Part shown: piece by piece, positions 13,201-25,949 of the stretch
Layout: every line of letters begins with the position of its first letter
How positions within the stretch are numbered: the stretch's first letter is position 1
NCBI RefSeq assembly: GCF_006345805.1
Contig: NC_043008.1
Coordinates: 74,958,001 to 75,022,000 of the forward strand
Source of the DNA: Octopus sinensis
Taxonomy: Eukaryota
Length of the DNA: 64,000 nucleotides
Direction: 5' to 3'
Notes under the pieces: model-generated
What the model was told of the DNA's origin: nothing
Database searches by the model: none
The model's input: only the letters and a program-made list of their open reading frames with translations
Made by a program: the position numbers and the translations under genes

Positions 13201-13477
13201 AAAATAATCATTATCATTACTCTGTTGGCTTTGCAGATTGACTATGCATTTGCAAAGATTTGTATTTCTCTTGTCTTATTACATCTGTAAAACATATATT
13301 CCATGGAATTGAACTTGTTCTTTCTGAATTTACCTCCATAAAAATATTGCAATAACTTTCAATGAGTTCATTTTCCACTCCTGTTTTGTCTGGCATCTTA
13401 GAATATTCAAGAAACACTATTGTTCTTTAAAATACCAGCTTTGTTTTTCTTTTTTTTGTTTCCAGAAAGATGCCAAG

Positions 13478-13639
13478 ATGAAAATGAAGAATGCCGTAGG
13501 GTATATTGCAGCTGCATCAAATCAACTTAGCAATTGTACCAACTGTGGTAGACATAGAAACAGCATTGAACTTGTCAACAGTATTAGTTTTACTAATTGC
13601 AGTAGATGTACTAGTTTTAATAAATCTACTAATGGATGA
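13478..13639 (+). promoter_or_regulatory. Overlapping upstream ORF (53 aa, CxxC-x17-CxxC) plus short uORFs MPR* (13470-13481) and MP* (13491-13499)
   Basis: Direct translation: MKMKNAVGYIAAASNQLSNCTNCGRHRNSIELVNSISFTNCSRCTSFNKSTNG*. The stop at 13637-13639 lies downstream of the main ATG, in a different frame. Confidence 0.5.
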
Positions 13640-13680
13640 GAGTGAGCAGCAGTCGATTCCTGACCAAGTGACTGTTATAG
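13632..13680 (+). CDS. Coding exon 1 of C2 + Sec5-like IPT + coiled-coil protein (MDESEQQSIPDQVTVI); exon spans 13466-13680 including 5' UTR
   Basis: Pyrimidine tract + CAG acceptor ending 13465; ATG at 13632 is the first in-frame ATG after an in-frame TAG at 13497; donor AG|GTATGT at 13681. PDQVTVI+VHNAKGL resembles the first strand of Rab11-FIP C2 domains (PTHVQVTVLQARGL, recalled). Confidence 0.85.
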
Positions 13681-14301
13681 GTATGTATTAACTAAATTTC
13701 TGTACTTTGATATATTTAATGTTTCTCATTTATATAATTTGGTTTGTATTTGGGTATGCCTATCTGTGTGTGTGTACATACATACACACAAGCACACTCA
13801 TATATATGCATGCATACATACATACACATACGCGTGCGTGCACATACATGGATGTACATGTGTATGTAATGTTTGTTCAGACGGTGAGAAGTTCTAGGTT
13901 AAGTTCTAGAGTTGATGAATCTTTAAATTTTATATAGCAGAAAGAAATATATTTCCTGCTTTATCAACAATATCAGTGTTTTAATGCCTATTTTCTCTTT
14001 AGGTATGGGTTGAATAGGTCTGCACTCTATGAAATCATCACATGTATTAATCTTCTGTTGCCTTATCTGTAACTCCAACATCCTGACATGACAATCCCAC
14101 TCACTCACTCACCCAGCCTTGCCCTGTGTATTTATTTCCCAGTTTTCTATGATGGTCACCTTCCCATTCTGGGTTACATCACTTTTTCACCAAGCACTCT
14201 ACTGTTATTCATACATCACATGGCCATATCATTCTAAACAGCTCTCTTGCATACACCACATATCCATATCATCACAACTACTTATTCTACATACTTTACA
14301 C

Positions 14302-14480
14302 ATAGGCGTAGGAGTGGCTGTGAGGTAAGTAGCTTGCTTACCAATCGCATAGTTCTGGGTTCAGTCCCACTGCATGGCACCTTGGGCAAGTGTCCTCTCC
14401 TATAGCCTCGGGCCAACCAAAGCCTTGTGAGTGGATTTGGTAGACAGAAATTGAAAGAAGCCCGTCGTATATATGTACAA

Positions 14481-14516
<36 letters not shown>

Positions 14517-14733
14517 TTGTGTGTCTGTGTTTGTCCCCCCAACATTGCTTCGCATCTGATGGTGGTGTGTTTATGTTCCTTTAACTTAGCAGTTCAGCAA
14601 AAGAGACTGGTAGAATAAGTACTAGGCTTACAAAGAATATGTCCTGGGGTCAATTTGCTCGACTAAAGGTGGTGCTCCAGCATGGCAACAGTTAAATAAC
14701 TGAAACAAGTAAAAGAGAATAAAAGAGAAAGAG
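14302..14733 (+). mobile_element. SINE family A, full length
   Basis: ataggcgtaggagtggctgtgaggtaag head through tgaaacaagtaaaagag tail. Confidence 0.9.
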
Positions 14734-14859
14734 AATTTACAAGAGCGTGCTGAAAAGTTCTTAGCTTTGGGTAAAAGAAAATACATGAGAATCAGTTAAT
14801 TATGATTTTATTTAACATATTCCCCTCTCAGATTCACACACTTATTCTTTTCTACTCTA

Positions 14860-15061
14860 GCCACAAGGACCGAAACTTTTGGGGAGTAGGACCAGTCAGT
14901 TAGATCGACACCATTGCACAACTGGTACTTAATTTATTGACCCTGAAAGGATGAAAGGCAAAGTCGACCTTGGCAGAATTTGAACTCAGAACGTACCGGC
15001 AGAAGAAATACCACTAAGCATTTTGCCTGGCATGATAACAATTCTGCCAGCTTGCCACCTT
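14860..15061 (-). mobile_element. SINE family B, minus strand
   Basis: actggtacttaatttattgaccctgaaaggatgaaaggcaaagtcgacc...ctgccagcttgccacctt is the reverse complement of the 12981 copy. Confidence 0.85.
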
Positions 15062-15276
15062 AGATCCACACACTTATTGCAGTGGTTCTTCAGTTTTTCT
15101 AAATCCTGTAAAAGAACTTGGAAGGTTGGGCCTCCAACCAGGTCTTTCACAATACCCTTAAAACAATGCCCTTACACCTCTCACATACTGTTACATAACA
15201 TGTCTATATCATCACAACCATATCTCCTACATATTTCACATGTACACACATACACAGTTACATTTGTACATATATA

Positions 15277-15671
15277 TTCTTTCATTTGTTTCAGTCATTT
15301 GACTGCGGCCATGCTGGAGCACCGCCTTTAGTTAAACAAATTGAACCCAGGACTTGTTCTTTGTAAGCCTAGTACTTATTCTTTCGGTCTCTTATGCTAA
15401 ACCACTAAGTTACAGGGACGTAAACATACCAACATCAGTTGGTGGGGAGACAAACACAGACACACAAACATATGCATACATGCACACATATATATATATA
15501 CACACAACGGGCTTCTTTCAGTTTCCATCTACCGAATCAACTCACAAGGCTTTGGTCGGCCTGAGGCTATAGTAGAAGACACTTGCCCAAGGTGCCATGC
15601 ATTGAGACTGAACCCTGAACCATATGGTTGGTAAGCAAGCTACTTACCACACAGCCATTTCTGTGTCTATG
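15277..15671 (-). mobile_element. SINE family A, minus strand
   Basis: tttcagtcatttgactgcggccatgctggagcacc...cttaccacacagcc. Confidence 0.9.
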
Positions 15672-15872
15672 TATATGCATATATATGTACACACAATTCC
15701 TGCATGTATGTACATACATGCATAGGTATGTGGCATTGAATGTTTGATTGTAATCTTAGAGGCACTGGTATCATCTGTAAAGAGGTATCAGAAATATAGA
15801 AGTATGTGGAAAAATTAAATAAAATGGTTTAGTTGAGAATCCGCAATAATTTTCTGCAAGTTTACCATTGTT

Positions 15873-15932
<60 letters not shown>

Positions 15933-15943
15933 ATATATATATA

Positions 15944-17200
15944 TTAAATTAGAGATAAAACCACTATTCGACAAATCAAACAATGAAAATATTATATTAA
16001 CCAAATTTTATTCTTATTTTCCTTCTTCTTCTTATTAAAACTGTCATTATTATTGTTATTATTATATTTCTTTATCATATTATTATTATTATTATTAGAT
16101 TTAAATTTATAATTAACATTTAAAGAATTATTAAAGTTATCAATTTTAATTTTATTAAAATATTAGGGAATAAATCCAAACTTACAGGGAAAAATCAGAT
16201 TTAGGATTAAATCCAATTTTATAGTAAAATATATTATATTATATTATATTAAATTAGAGATAAAACCGCTATTAGGCAAATCAAACAATGAAAAACATAA
16301 GCCAATACATAAAATTAATTAATTTATATTATTTTAAATATATATCAAAAGTATTAAAAGTTTAATAAAAGATAAAGAGTAAATCACTACGATCGTTTCA
16401 TGGCTTTACAATTCGTAATAATTCGAGTTATGGTTACAGTCAATCTTCAGGTTAATTGATGTATATGTATGTATATTATATGTATATGTATGTATATTTT
16501 TATATATTTATGTATACGTATGTATAGTTATACTACAAATTTTGATAAGTATTTATAGATTTAGTTATGATCACTAAATTTAGCTTATAATTATAAGGGC
16601 ATGTGAAAGACTTTATAGTATGTTGAGGGGTTACTATATAAATAAATTTTTTTATATATTTATTAATCATATAAGATTTTTAGAATATATTTAATAATTA
16701 GTGATTTTTAATCATTTAAATCATTTAATTTATTTTGTATTAAGTATTATTTATCATAGTTATTTTATTAATAAATATTATAGTATAGAGAGATTTTATT
16801 CTTTATTTGTGACTTCATTCTATTTACAATGATAAACTGATAATTTTCCCATTCACAATCTCATTAATAAAGCATAGGTTCCTCACGCTTAATGAATTCT
16901 TCAACAATTTATTCTTTTTTTTTGCTAATAACGTAATTCCACGAGTATTCTTATAAACGCTGTAAAGACGTTTTCCGATTCAAAATTTTAGTTCATTGTT
17001 AAACCTCGCTAAGATAAGTATGTATTTATTTAAGATCTTCAAATTGTAAAATTTAATATTGTATAAGTCTTTGGAGTAATAATATTTTCCTTATGTAAAT
17101 ATCGTTGTTTATGTAATGATCTAATTATCGTAATTTTCTATATTATTAGATATTAAATTTAAGTTTATTCGTAAGATACTACTCAGCGATAGATTTGTTA
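15944..17200 (-). mobile_element. Degraded Penelope-like terminal region with hammerhead-like motif (16381-16457)
   Basis: ~50-bp direct repeat near 15944 and 16246; minus-strand CTGAAGA...GAAACGATCGTA; weak GIY-YIG-like C-terminal remnant near 16870-16950. Confidence 0.5.
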
Positions 17201-19349
17201 TTTGATAGCAAGCATACGAGGTGTATATATTGAGTATTGTATGTATGTACATGTATGTATGTGTGTGCATATGTGTATGTTTTTCATATGTGCGTGTATA
17301 TATATGTATATACATTTATTTATGTGTATGTGTGTGGGTGGGTGTATATAGGTGTAAGTGTATATATTGAGTATTGTATGTATGTACATGTATGTATGTG
17401 TGTGCATGTGTGTATGTGTGTATATATATATATATAGACACGTGCGCACACAGACACACAAACAATCACATACGCATTGAAGCAACTATAAAGTTTTGTT
17501 GAACATTTTCATGACTACCATTCTCAGTTAGTGTGTATTTTAGTTCAACACCCCCCCAACCCTCATGGTCAACTAAATCTGCCGCAAAAGGTTTATTAAA
17601 AACTTTGTCAGAGACAGCACAGCTCTGGTAGCTGGTTTTATGTTACTAAATGTTTATTTTGTAATCTCTCATTAATGTCTGTATCCCTGTTAATTCTTCT
17701 TTTTTCTTAATTATAATGATTTGATTGCACAAAACTTTTCATCTTTCATGCCACTAGTGTAATCTCTCTTGCTTTTGGTTTTATTTTAAAATTAAAAAAA
17801 TGTTCACCAACTTACATATTCATTTTTTCCTAATTATGTTCTTGTTTTTGCATTTTAGGCTTCAAATAAGGCCCTGTTCTATTACCAAATTAAACATTTC
17901 AGAATTTTTGTTTTTAAATATAGCAATCTTAAGATGATGATATTGAAAAGATATTGCCTAATTCCGTTACTATTCTTTGAACATTTTGTCTTTAGACTTA
18001 ATTCCTATCAGCTGAGTTTCTCTGATATAATCTGAAAGGTTTGCAATTTTGTAATACATTCCAACATTGCTTCAAGGTCAACATTTTTCTAGAGTTCCTT
18101 ATCATATGGTATTCACTTGAAAAGTCAATTCCAAATTGTGTGTTGCTTCCTTTTCCTTTCCTACTTCCGAGGAAATTAAATAAAGATTATAAATTTGTGG
18201 TTCAAAATATAAAATTTTATTTGAAGCTGAAGTATTTCAAGTGAATTTTAAAATTAGTGAAATATTTCAGTGTAAAGTCACAATTGTTTAATGAATAAGG
18301 AAATGGATTACTTGGTCATAGCACACGAGCTCAAATCACTGTCTGAGCAGAACAGGTTATTCTGTATTTCATTGGTCAGAAATGGGTCAGAGGTCACCAA
18401 GAAATGTTACCTGGAATAGACCAACCATTGATTTGGCATGAATTCTTTCTTAAAATACAGTGACCATCCCAATGGCATTTGGTCACTAATTATACACACT
18501 GAATGCTTGATCTCCCTTCTCTTGATCAAGAAAAGGGACAAGTCATTAAGCACTCTGCCACATTGTGGTTTCTTTATACCTAGAAATAACTATTAAATTA
18601 TATTCAAACCATACTATGCCATCTTAATGATGAAAATAACATATTGGGTAAAATAGTTCTTGATACATTGTTAGAAAATGAGTTGGGATAGTTAGAGTGT
18701 TTTTGATCACGGGTCAGTGGGATCGGAACTGATCTGGGGCTAAACAACAACACCCACGTAAATGGTTGTTATTCATCATACAAACATAATTCATATGTAA
18801 TATGTCATGAAATCGTCAAAATTTCCCTATTAAGCTCCAAGGGCCACAGTATCTGTGTATGAAGGACCAGAGGGTCCTAAGGATCAGTAGGCTATAATTT
18901 TTGAAAGGCTATAGTTTTTGAAGAGCTTGTAGACTTCCAAAAGACAGTTTTATTTGAAGTGCCATTGTATGCAAAGAGCCAGACAGGTTTCTTGGACCAG
19001 TGGTATGCTAAAGGTTATAGAGTGTGAAGGATCTTGAAATGTAAAGGATCATGGAATGTGAAATGTCAGAAAATTGCAAGGGTCAGTGGTGCTTGAAGGA
19101 CTATGGTAGGAAGGATGCAGATTGAGGGAGGGTATATTGGATTTAATCAACCCCAATATTTATCTGGTATATATCTTATCAATGCTAGATGATTTAGTAC
19201 CATGTCAGAATTTGAACTGGTGATGCAATGCACTTAGTCCCTAGTTCCACTCTTCATGCTATCTGATACCAACAAATTAATAATGGTAACAGATATGATA
19301 ACTGTGTGTGTCATTACTTTAGGCCCTGATGTAACATTTGGATAGCCAT

Positions 19350-19625
19350 TAGTTAAGTCCTTACTGCATTACTACAGCAGCAGCCATTAGTTCATTTGTT
19401 ACTACATGACAATGAAAGTCGTTACTTCAGACCTTACTTTAGCATTTTGATAGTCATCATTTGAGATCTTACTATGATATTATAGCAGCCATAATTTGAG
19501 ATATTACTATAATGCTCTTACAGTCATCATTTGAGATAGTACTATGATACTATGACAGTCATTAGTTGAGAGATTACTGTGGTGCTATGATAGTCATTAG
19601 TTAAGAGATTACTGTGACTATTATA
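19350..19625. repeat. Degenerate ~35-bp minisatellite
   Basis: Recurrent agtcatcatttgagat.ttactatgat unit, about 5-7 diverged copies. Confidence 0.7.
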
Positions 19626-19928
19626 GAGTTGTTTCTTTGAACAAAGCACTTAATTCTGCTGATGGTATTTCTGTAAATGAGCAAGAATCAGGTTTCTCTT
19701 CTATTTCACAGTTGACTAGTAGTTCACAGTTCACATTAGGAAGGGACAACATCCAACTGTAAAATACACTTGTAACAAATAAACCATCTCATCCATGCTG
19801 ACATTGATAAATGGATGTCAAGCCAAAAACGATATTCCTGTATTACATAATGAAATGATATGTGTGTGTATGTGTGTCTGTAAAATGCAAATATTATGAC
19901 ATAATTTGTTCTTCACCTGTTTTTCCAG

Positions 19929-19964
19929 TTCACAATGCAAAAGGATTACAAGGAAAGAAACCAG
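19929..19964 (+). CDS. Coding exon 2, 36 nt (V-HNAKGLQGKKP), C2 domain
   Basis: ttttcCAG acceptor and AG|GTATGA donor; phase 1 to phase 1 joins exons 1 and 3 in frame. Confidence 0.88.
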
Positions 19965-20809
19965 GTATGATTAATCCAAGCTACTTTTATTATAATGTTT
20001 CTGTTCTGTCTTTTTCTGTTAAAATTTATTGAGAAATGGTGAAATGCTTAAAGGAGCTTCTATTCATAAATGAACAGTCTGTGATCCATATTTTAATCAA
20101 ATGTTGGGCTAGGAACCACCAGTTAAATATATATTAGCATTTTGTTATTGTAATGAGTTTTGTTTCTCAAAACATCCAGTTTTATGAGACTATGCAAGAT
20201 GTGATTATGTCACATGTATAAAGTGTGATAATAACACGTAAAATGTAGTAATATCACATATTCACAAATGTAAGATATGGTAATGTCTTTTATGTAAGCT
20301 AAGGGAATGTCACATGTGTAAGATGAAATTATTAACTGAATCATTAATGACTGAAACAAGTAAAAGGGAAAAGGTAAAAGATGTTATCAGAAATATTTTA
20401 TTTTCCTCACAAACATGGCTAAAAATGATTTAGGAAGAAATAAGGGCAAGGAGTTAGTGTGCTGGGGATGTAAAGAAATGGGTGAAATAAAGAAAACTGG
20501 CACTGTTTCCTAAATCCCTGCAACTGCTTGGCTAATTTATGCTTGGACAAATGAATGTCCTTAAAATGTTTATTATTGATGCTGTACAACGTGTGTTGGG
20601 TCCCTTTTCCCTTTATTTGTACATCTATCATCATTATCGTCATTGTTGTCATCAATTTTATGTCTTCTTTTCATGCTTGTATTGGTTGGACAAGTCCCCT
20701 TCAGCACAGCATTCTTATATCATCTTCTGTACATACATATATATAAATTACAACTGCTCAATGAAGTAATATCTAAAATATAATTTTAAAAACATTATTT
20801 TCTTTGAAG

Positions 20810-20915
20810 GACGCCATAAATATTCAGTGATATTTGGATTTGGAAACAAGAAATATCGGACATCAGTTGTGAAAGATCCTAAGGGTAATCCTGTTTGGAA
20901 TGAAGAATCAGTTCT
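20810..20915 (+). CDS. Coding exon 3 (GRHKYSVIFGFGNKKYRTSVVKDPKGNPVWNEESV), C2 domain core
   Basis: Acceptor tttctttgaAG, donor GTAAGT at 20916; KKYRTSVVK..GNPVWNEE is the hallmark C2 motif; phase 1 to phase 2. Confidence 0.92.
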
Positions 20916-22316
20916 GTAAGTTGACCAGTCTAGCTTTACAATTCCTCTTTTTGGTTTTTAGGACAATTGACATATTCTGACAAGAATGGCTTAAGAATGG
21001 TGAAAGAGAGATCTGAATATGTTTGGAATGCATCATAGATAAATCTGAAGATGTAGTCTTAATTGATGTGATGGTGCTGAAACACAGTCGACTACAATAT
21101 TTAGCAATTGACACCTGGGTCAGCAGTTCAAATCTTACTGCTGTCTTTTATTGTCTTCCTGAGCAATGCACCTGCTCTCAGCAAAAAAAAAAAAAAAAGG
21201 AAAAAGATAACTAAAGTTTGAGAAAACTAAACATGATGTGAATCTGAAAAACATTTAAAATAAGTTGATTTGCTGAGAATATGAGACAAGTATTGTAGTT
21301 TCAGGTTTTTTTTTTTAGAGAAATGTGTTGAAGACCTCCCAATTGTTAATTTCTTCAAAGATGCTCCTGCCTAATACATTAGAACTCACCTCACAGCCTA
21401 TGAATGCTGGTCATTTTACAAATTTTGTAATCTTGCTCCATTTGAAACTTTGAACAAAAAGTTTTAATGAACAAAGTTGATGCTTGCTTCAGGGTTGCAC
21501 TGTGAAAACAATTGTTTCAGCATTGCCAACTCATACCAGCCTGGAAAAAAATGTGTGATATGGTAGAACTGAGGAGATATGACATGCTCTCACACAATGT
21601 AATTACTTTCAACTGTTGGCTTTGAAGGCAGCACTTGTTTTAATCTACATTAACTTTAAGTTTTGATCAACCTTTCTTAATGCCTTGCTTGTTTTTAGAT
21701 TTTAATCCTTTTGTTACAAAACTGTTCTTAACTGCTTGAAATGACCTATTCCTATTTTAATGAGAATTTCAATGTAAATTTTGTTACTACATTTGTGAAA
21801 ACACATGATTTCATTATATAAACATTTGAGTTACACTGTCCGAAATTATTGGATATGATATTGAGTGCTGTGAAATTTTGGATATTATTTTTACCATTTT
21901 TTTGCGACTTCGATTTTCTGATTGAAAATGGATACCAGTTTCATGTTGTCAAGCAGTGAGTTTGAATTTAAAGTATTTTCAAATGGAGACAGAAAAATCT
22001 TGGAAAAAATATGGCAAACATAAAAATCAGTGTATTTTTATGAATTGGATCTTTCTTTTTCTGAAAGTGAAATGATTCTGACAACAGTTCTAATAGTGAT
22101 AAAAAATAAATGTGGTCTTGAATATGGCAAGAATTTAAAAACTATTATTCTGAGCTATTTTTAGGAAGATAGTAGACCTAGCTGCAGTCTTTCTAAGGAA
22201 ACAAAGCCATTAGATTATTAATTTTTTTTTTTCCTTTGAAGGGATTATTGCAGAATGAGTCATTACACAGAATGTAAACTGAGATTTCTCACATGGAAGA
22301 AAGTTTTCAGGAATAT

Positions 22317-22367
<51 letters not shown>

Positions 22368-23342
22368 ATATATAAATTTTATTTCTAAACATTTTAAAAT
22401 TACCTTGTTTTTATTTACCTGTAAGATGCAGGACAAAGTTTCATTAATTTGGATTGTGAATCATTATTATGTGTTTCTGTGTATTTATATACATGTAAGT
22501 TTATTTAATTTAGTTGATGGCATGTATTTCATTTCCTGGTTTACTTCAAAAGCAAATTCCAGTATTTCGTTCATGTTTTACCTTTATGGTACACCTATCT
22601 AAGTGCATTAAATTCAGCTGATAGATAATCCAGTAATTTGAGCAATTCTTCTCTATTAAATTTTTGCTGTATACTCAATTGTCTACACTGATGTTTAAAT
22701 AAAATTTTTTAAATATTATATTTTTTTGAATTTATCTGTATTTGCTTTGAGACAAAATTAGATTTGCGTTGAGACAAAAATTATGAAACAGATTTGGTTA
22801 AGAACCTTTTGTTAAATCATGTTTCCAAATCACATTAATGTGTATCAACACATTAATGTGATTTGGGAAGAGTTGTTTCATGAAACCAGTGTAAATTCAT
22901 GATTATTTAAAAATTTAATTGAAACACATTAAGGGGTGTATTTTGCTTAGGAATATAGAAACGAAAGGATTAATGCCTATAGAAGGAAATTTTGTCCACC
23001 AATTGCTTGGATAGTTTCAGCCCATCATATTACATAAGCAAGACTTATACTCTATAAAACCAAAACTAAATAATGGCGTCCCAGGTCATATGTAACCACA
23101 TATTTTTAGAGCTAAACTTCGACATTGCTATATTTTTTTAAGCACAAAGAAGATACTGAAACAAGTTCTCTGTATAAGTGACTTTAGTTCTCATTTAGTT
23201 TTAACTGATGTGATTGGTTGATTGGTTGAACTCATGTGATTAGTTAAACTGATTTGATTGATTGACTGGTTGGATTGATGTGGTTGGTTGATTGGTTGAA
23301 GCATTGTAACTGGTTAACTCAGTTTCCAAATTTCTCTTTCAG

Positions 23343-24474
23343 TTCCATCAATAATTCCTCGGATGCTTTATTCTTCAATGTCACAGAAAAGGATGATATT
23401 TTGGGTCAAATATTGGTTCCTATAGCCTCTCTTCGTGGGGCCAAGGGAAGAGTTATTTGTACAGCCTTGCAGCCTCACAAGAAGAATTCCAAACCAAAAG
23501 GAAGTTTAATATACCAGTGTTATGTTTCTAAATATCGAGAATCTGGAGAAGTTGATGATAAATCTAAGTCAAGAAGAAATAGTTGGCTTACAACTAATCC
23601 CTTTTTGACTTTTAAACGATCACCTGGTTTTTCTGGTAATTTCTTTAAGAAAGAACACAAGTCAACTAGTCCCCTTTCAAATCTAAATAAAAGAATCTCT
23701 CGATCTTTTCATGATATTTTTAGTTTATCAAAGACTGACATCTCAGATGATGAAGAATCAGAGGGTGCACCATCAAAATTAAAAACTCGAAGTACTTTTA
23801 ATTTAAGTTGTGCTGGGGTTGAACCAGAAATATCCTACATAACTCCAAATACTGGTTCAGCTGCTGGTGGCACACGTATTACTATTGTAGGTGAAAACCT
23901 TGGTTTAAAGAAATCTGATATTGTTACCTTGCGTATTTGCGATGTTGATGTTCTTTCTACATTAGAATATGAATCTTCAGGTCAGATATACTGTGAAACA
24001 TTGCCAGGTCCTACTGGCCATGGTGATGTTATCATTGAGACTTCATTAGGTGGTAAAACTGTTTTGACTGGAGGCTTCACTTTAGTTGCTGCTCGGAATA
24101 AAAATCCTGCACCGAAACCTCCAGAATCCAGACCATCTTCAAATTTAAACAAATCTCTCTCTCATAGTACTTTAGCCTTAGTCACACCACCAACTCAAAT
24201 AACAATTTCTGCACCAAATTCTCCTAAAACACAACATGGTCAGAATGATTCTCTTAACCCTTTTGAAAACCCATCAATGCCAAATTCCCCCACAGCATCA
24301 ATTGAATCTCACAAATCATCTGATACTCAACTGCAAACTCTAGGCTTTAATAAAAAATTAATCCCACCTGATCCTGCTTCTGTTAATAAATTTTCTTCAC
24401 TTGATCGGAGAAAGTTTCCTGCTCAAAATAACCCAAGGAAAAATTCCAAAGATCTTGGAGAAAATCATGGCAAA
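23343..24474 (+). CDS. Coding exon 4, 1132 nt: C-terminal half of C2, basic/Ser-rich linker, IPT/TIG domain (23821-24087), Ser/Pro/Asn-rich region
   Basis: Lies inside the 424-aa ORF 23275-24549; tttctctttcAG acceptor completes the phase-2 codon CT|T; donor AAA|GTAAGT at 24475 (phase 0). IPT motif PEISYITPNTGSAAGGTRITIVGENLG...ICD...EYESSGQIYC...GDVIIETSLGG...FTL. Confidence 0.93.
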
Positions 24475-25949
24475 GTAAGTAGAACAATCTTATATTTACC
24501 ATTGTATATCTGTCCCATAGACAACAATCTTTTACTAATGTGGTATTAGTCTCAGTATTTTCTCTCCTTTCTCTTAATCAATCAACTCACTATCATTCAT
24601 TGTGTAATCTACAATTATGGATTAACTTCAGCTAACACTGATCTTGCCTGCCAGTGATCTCAAACTTTTGATGTTACCTTACCTCTGCTTCCAGCAACCA
24701 TGAATGTACTAACTTGTCTTTATTTACAAATTGAATTGAATATAAATTTTATAGGACCATTGGTCCATGGAGCAGCTACTTAACTCCACTCACTATAACA
24801 GTAAGTAGACTCCACTGACTATAACAGAAATGAATACCAATCTATGGAAATGATACCAATCTTTTGAGAGTAACTTTGAGTAACTTCCCAGAACTTCTAT
24901 CTTCAATATCTGACATCTATTCAAACAGTAGCATATCACATGCTGGGAATTTGAGCATTTGACTTAAAATGATCAAGTAGGAGTTGTGAATCATTCCTTC
25001 TGAGATGCTTTCGTCAATTCTTCACAACTATTGTTATGTAATTGCTTTAAGTAATTGTCCCCTTTTCACACAAACCTCTAGCCTGTCATTGTATAGAAGC
25101 GGTACCAGTCTCCTCTTCACATTGTTACAGCTATAGTGGACCCATTAATAACATATTTGTCATTGTATACCTGCTGGAATGTATGTAACATTTTTAAGAT
25201 AAAATAACTTTGTATATTCTACAGTGTGCTAAAGAAAACAGTTCAGTATTTGAAAGTATTGTCAAGAACTTATATGACATAGTTATATCCTGTTATAACA
25301 TTAGTCTATATTTATACAACATAGTTATATATTTATGTGACATAGTTATGTATCTCTATGACATAGTCAATTACAAAGCAGTGTTGATTATAACAAAGCT
25401 GTGTACATTTATATTGAATACAGTCATGTGCACTCAAATGTGGAAAGATATTTGCTGCAGTAATTGATTTAGAAGAGAAGTTCTTTTAGACATTGTGTGA
25501 AAACACACTGAGCTAGGTTGTGAAGGTTTTTATCCAACAAAAGGATATGTGTTTCTGTGTTATTATACTTCATCAGCTACAGACACTGAATCTGTCATTC
25601 ATAACCTACTAATAACTGTTGTCCTCATATTAGAAGAGAAAAGTAAATTTACTGACATGTACAAATATATACATACATACATACAGAAACACCCACACAC
25701 CCACACACATCTTCATATATTTATTACTATTTTGCAGAAGCAGCAAAGTGACTCAGGCTGAGAGTTTCATGAATTGTGCTAACATACAAAACTCTTGGCC
25801 CTTGAGGCATTCTGTTGCTACTGCTAAATAATAATAGATATATACATATACTCATATTTTGAGTTCTATATTCCTGTTTGAATCAGCATACCTATATAAA
25901 TAAATATATATATATATATATATATATTTATTTATATATCTTTTATCTT

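Noticed and set aside
13500-13631. Hydrophobic in-frame extension upstream of the ATG (LSTVLVLLIAVDVLVLINLL), resembling a TM or signal segment
   Set aside because: No ATG in frame, closed by TAG at 13497, and only a weak alternative acceptor near 13511.
15940-16850. Very AT-rich block resembling a mitochondrial insertion
   Set aside because: No mitochondrial gene, rRNA or tRNA motif recognised; direct repeats and a hammerhead-like core favour a Penelope-like end.
23821-24087. Calling the gene EXOC2/Sec5 or RAB11FIP
   Set aside because: No Sec5 helical-rod region follows the IPT, and no FIP Rab-binding domain is visible in the window; the symbol is left blank.
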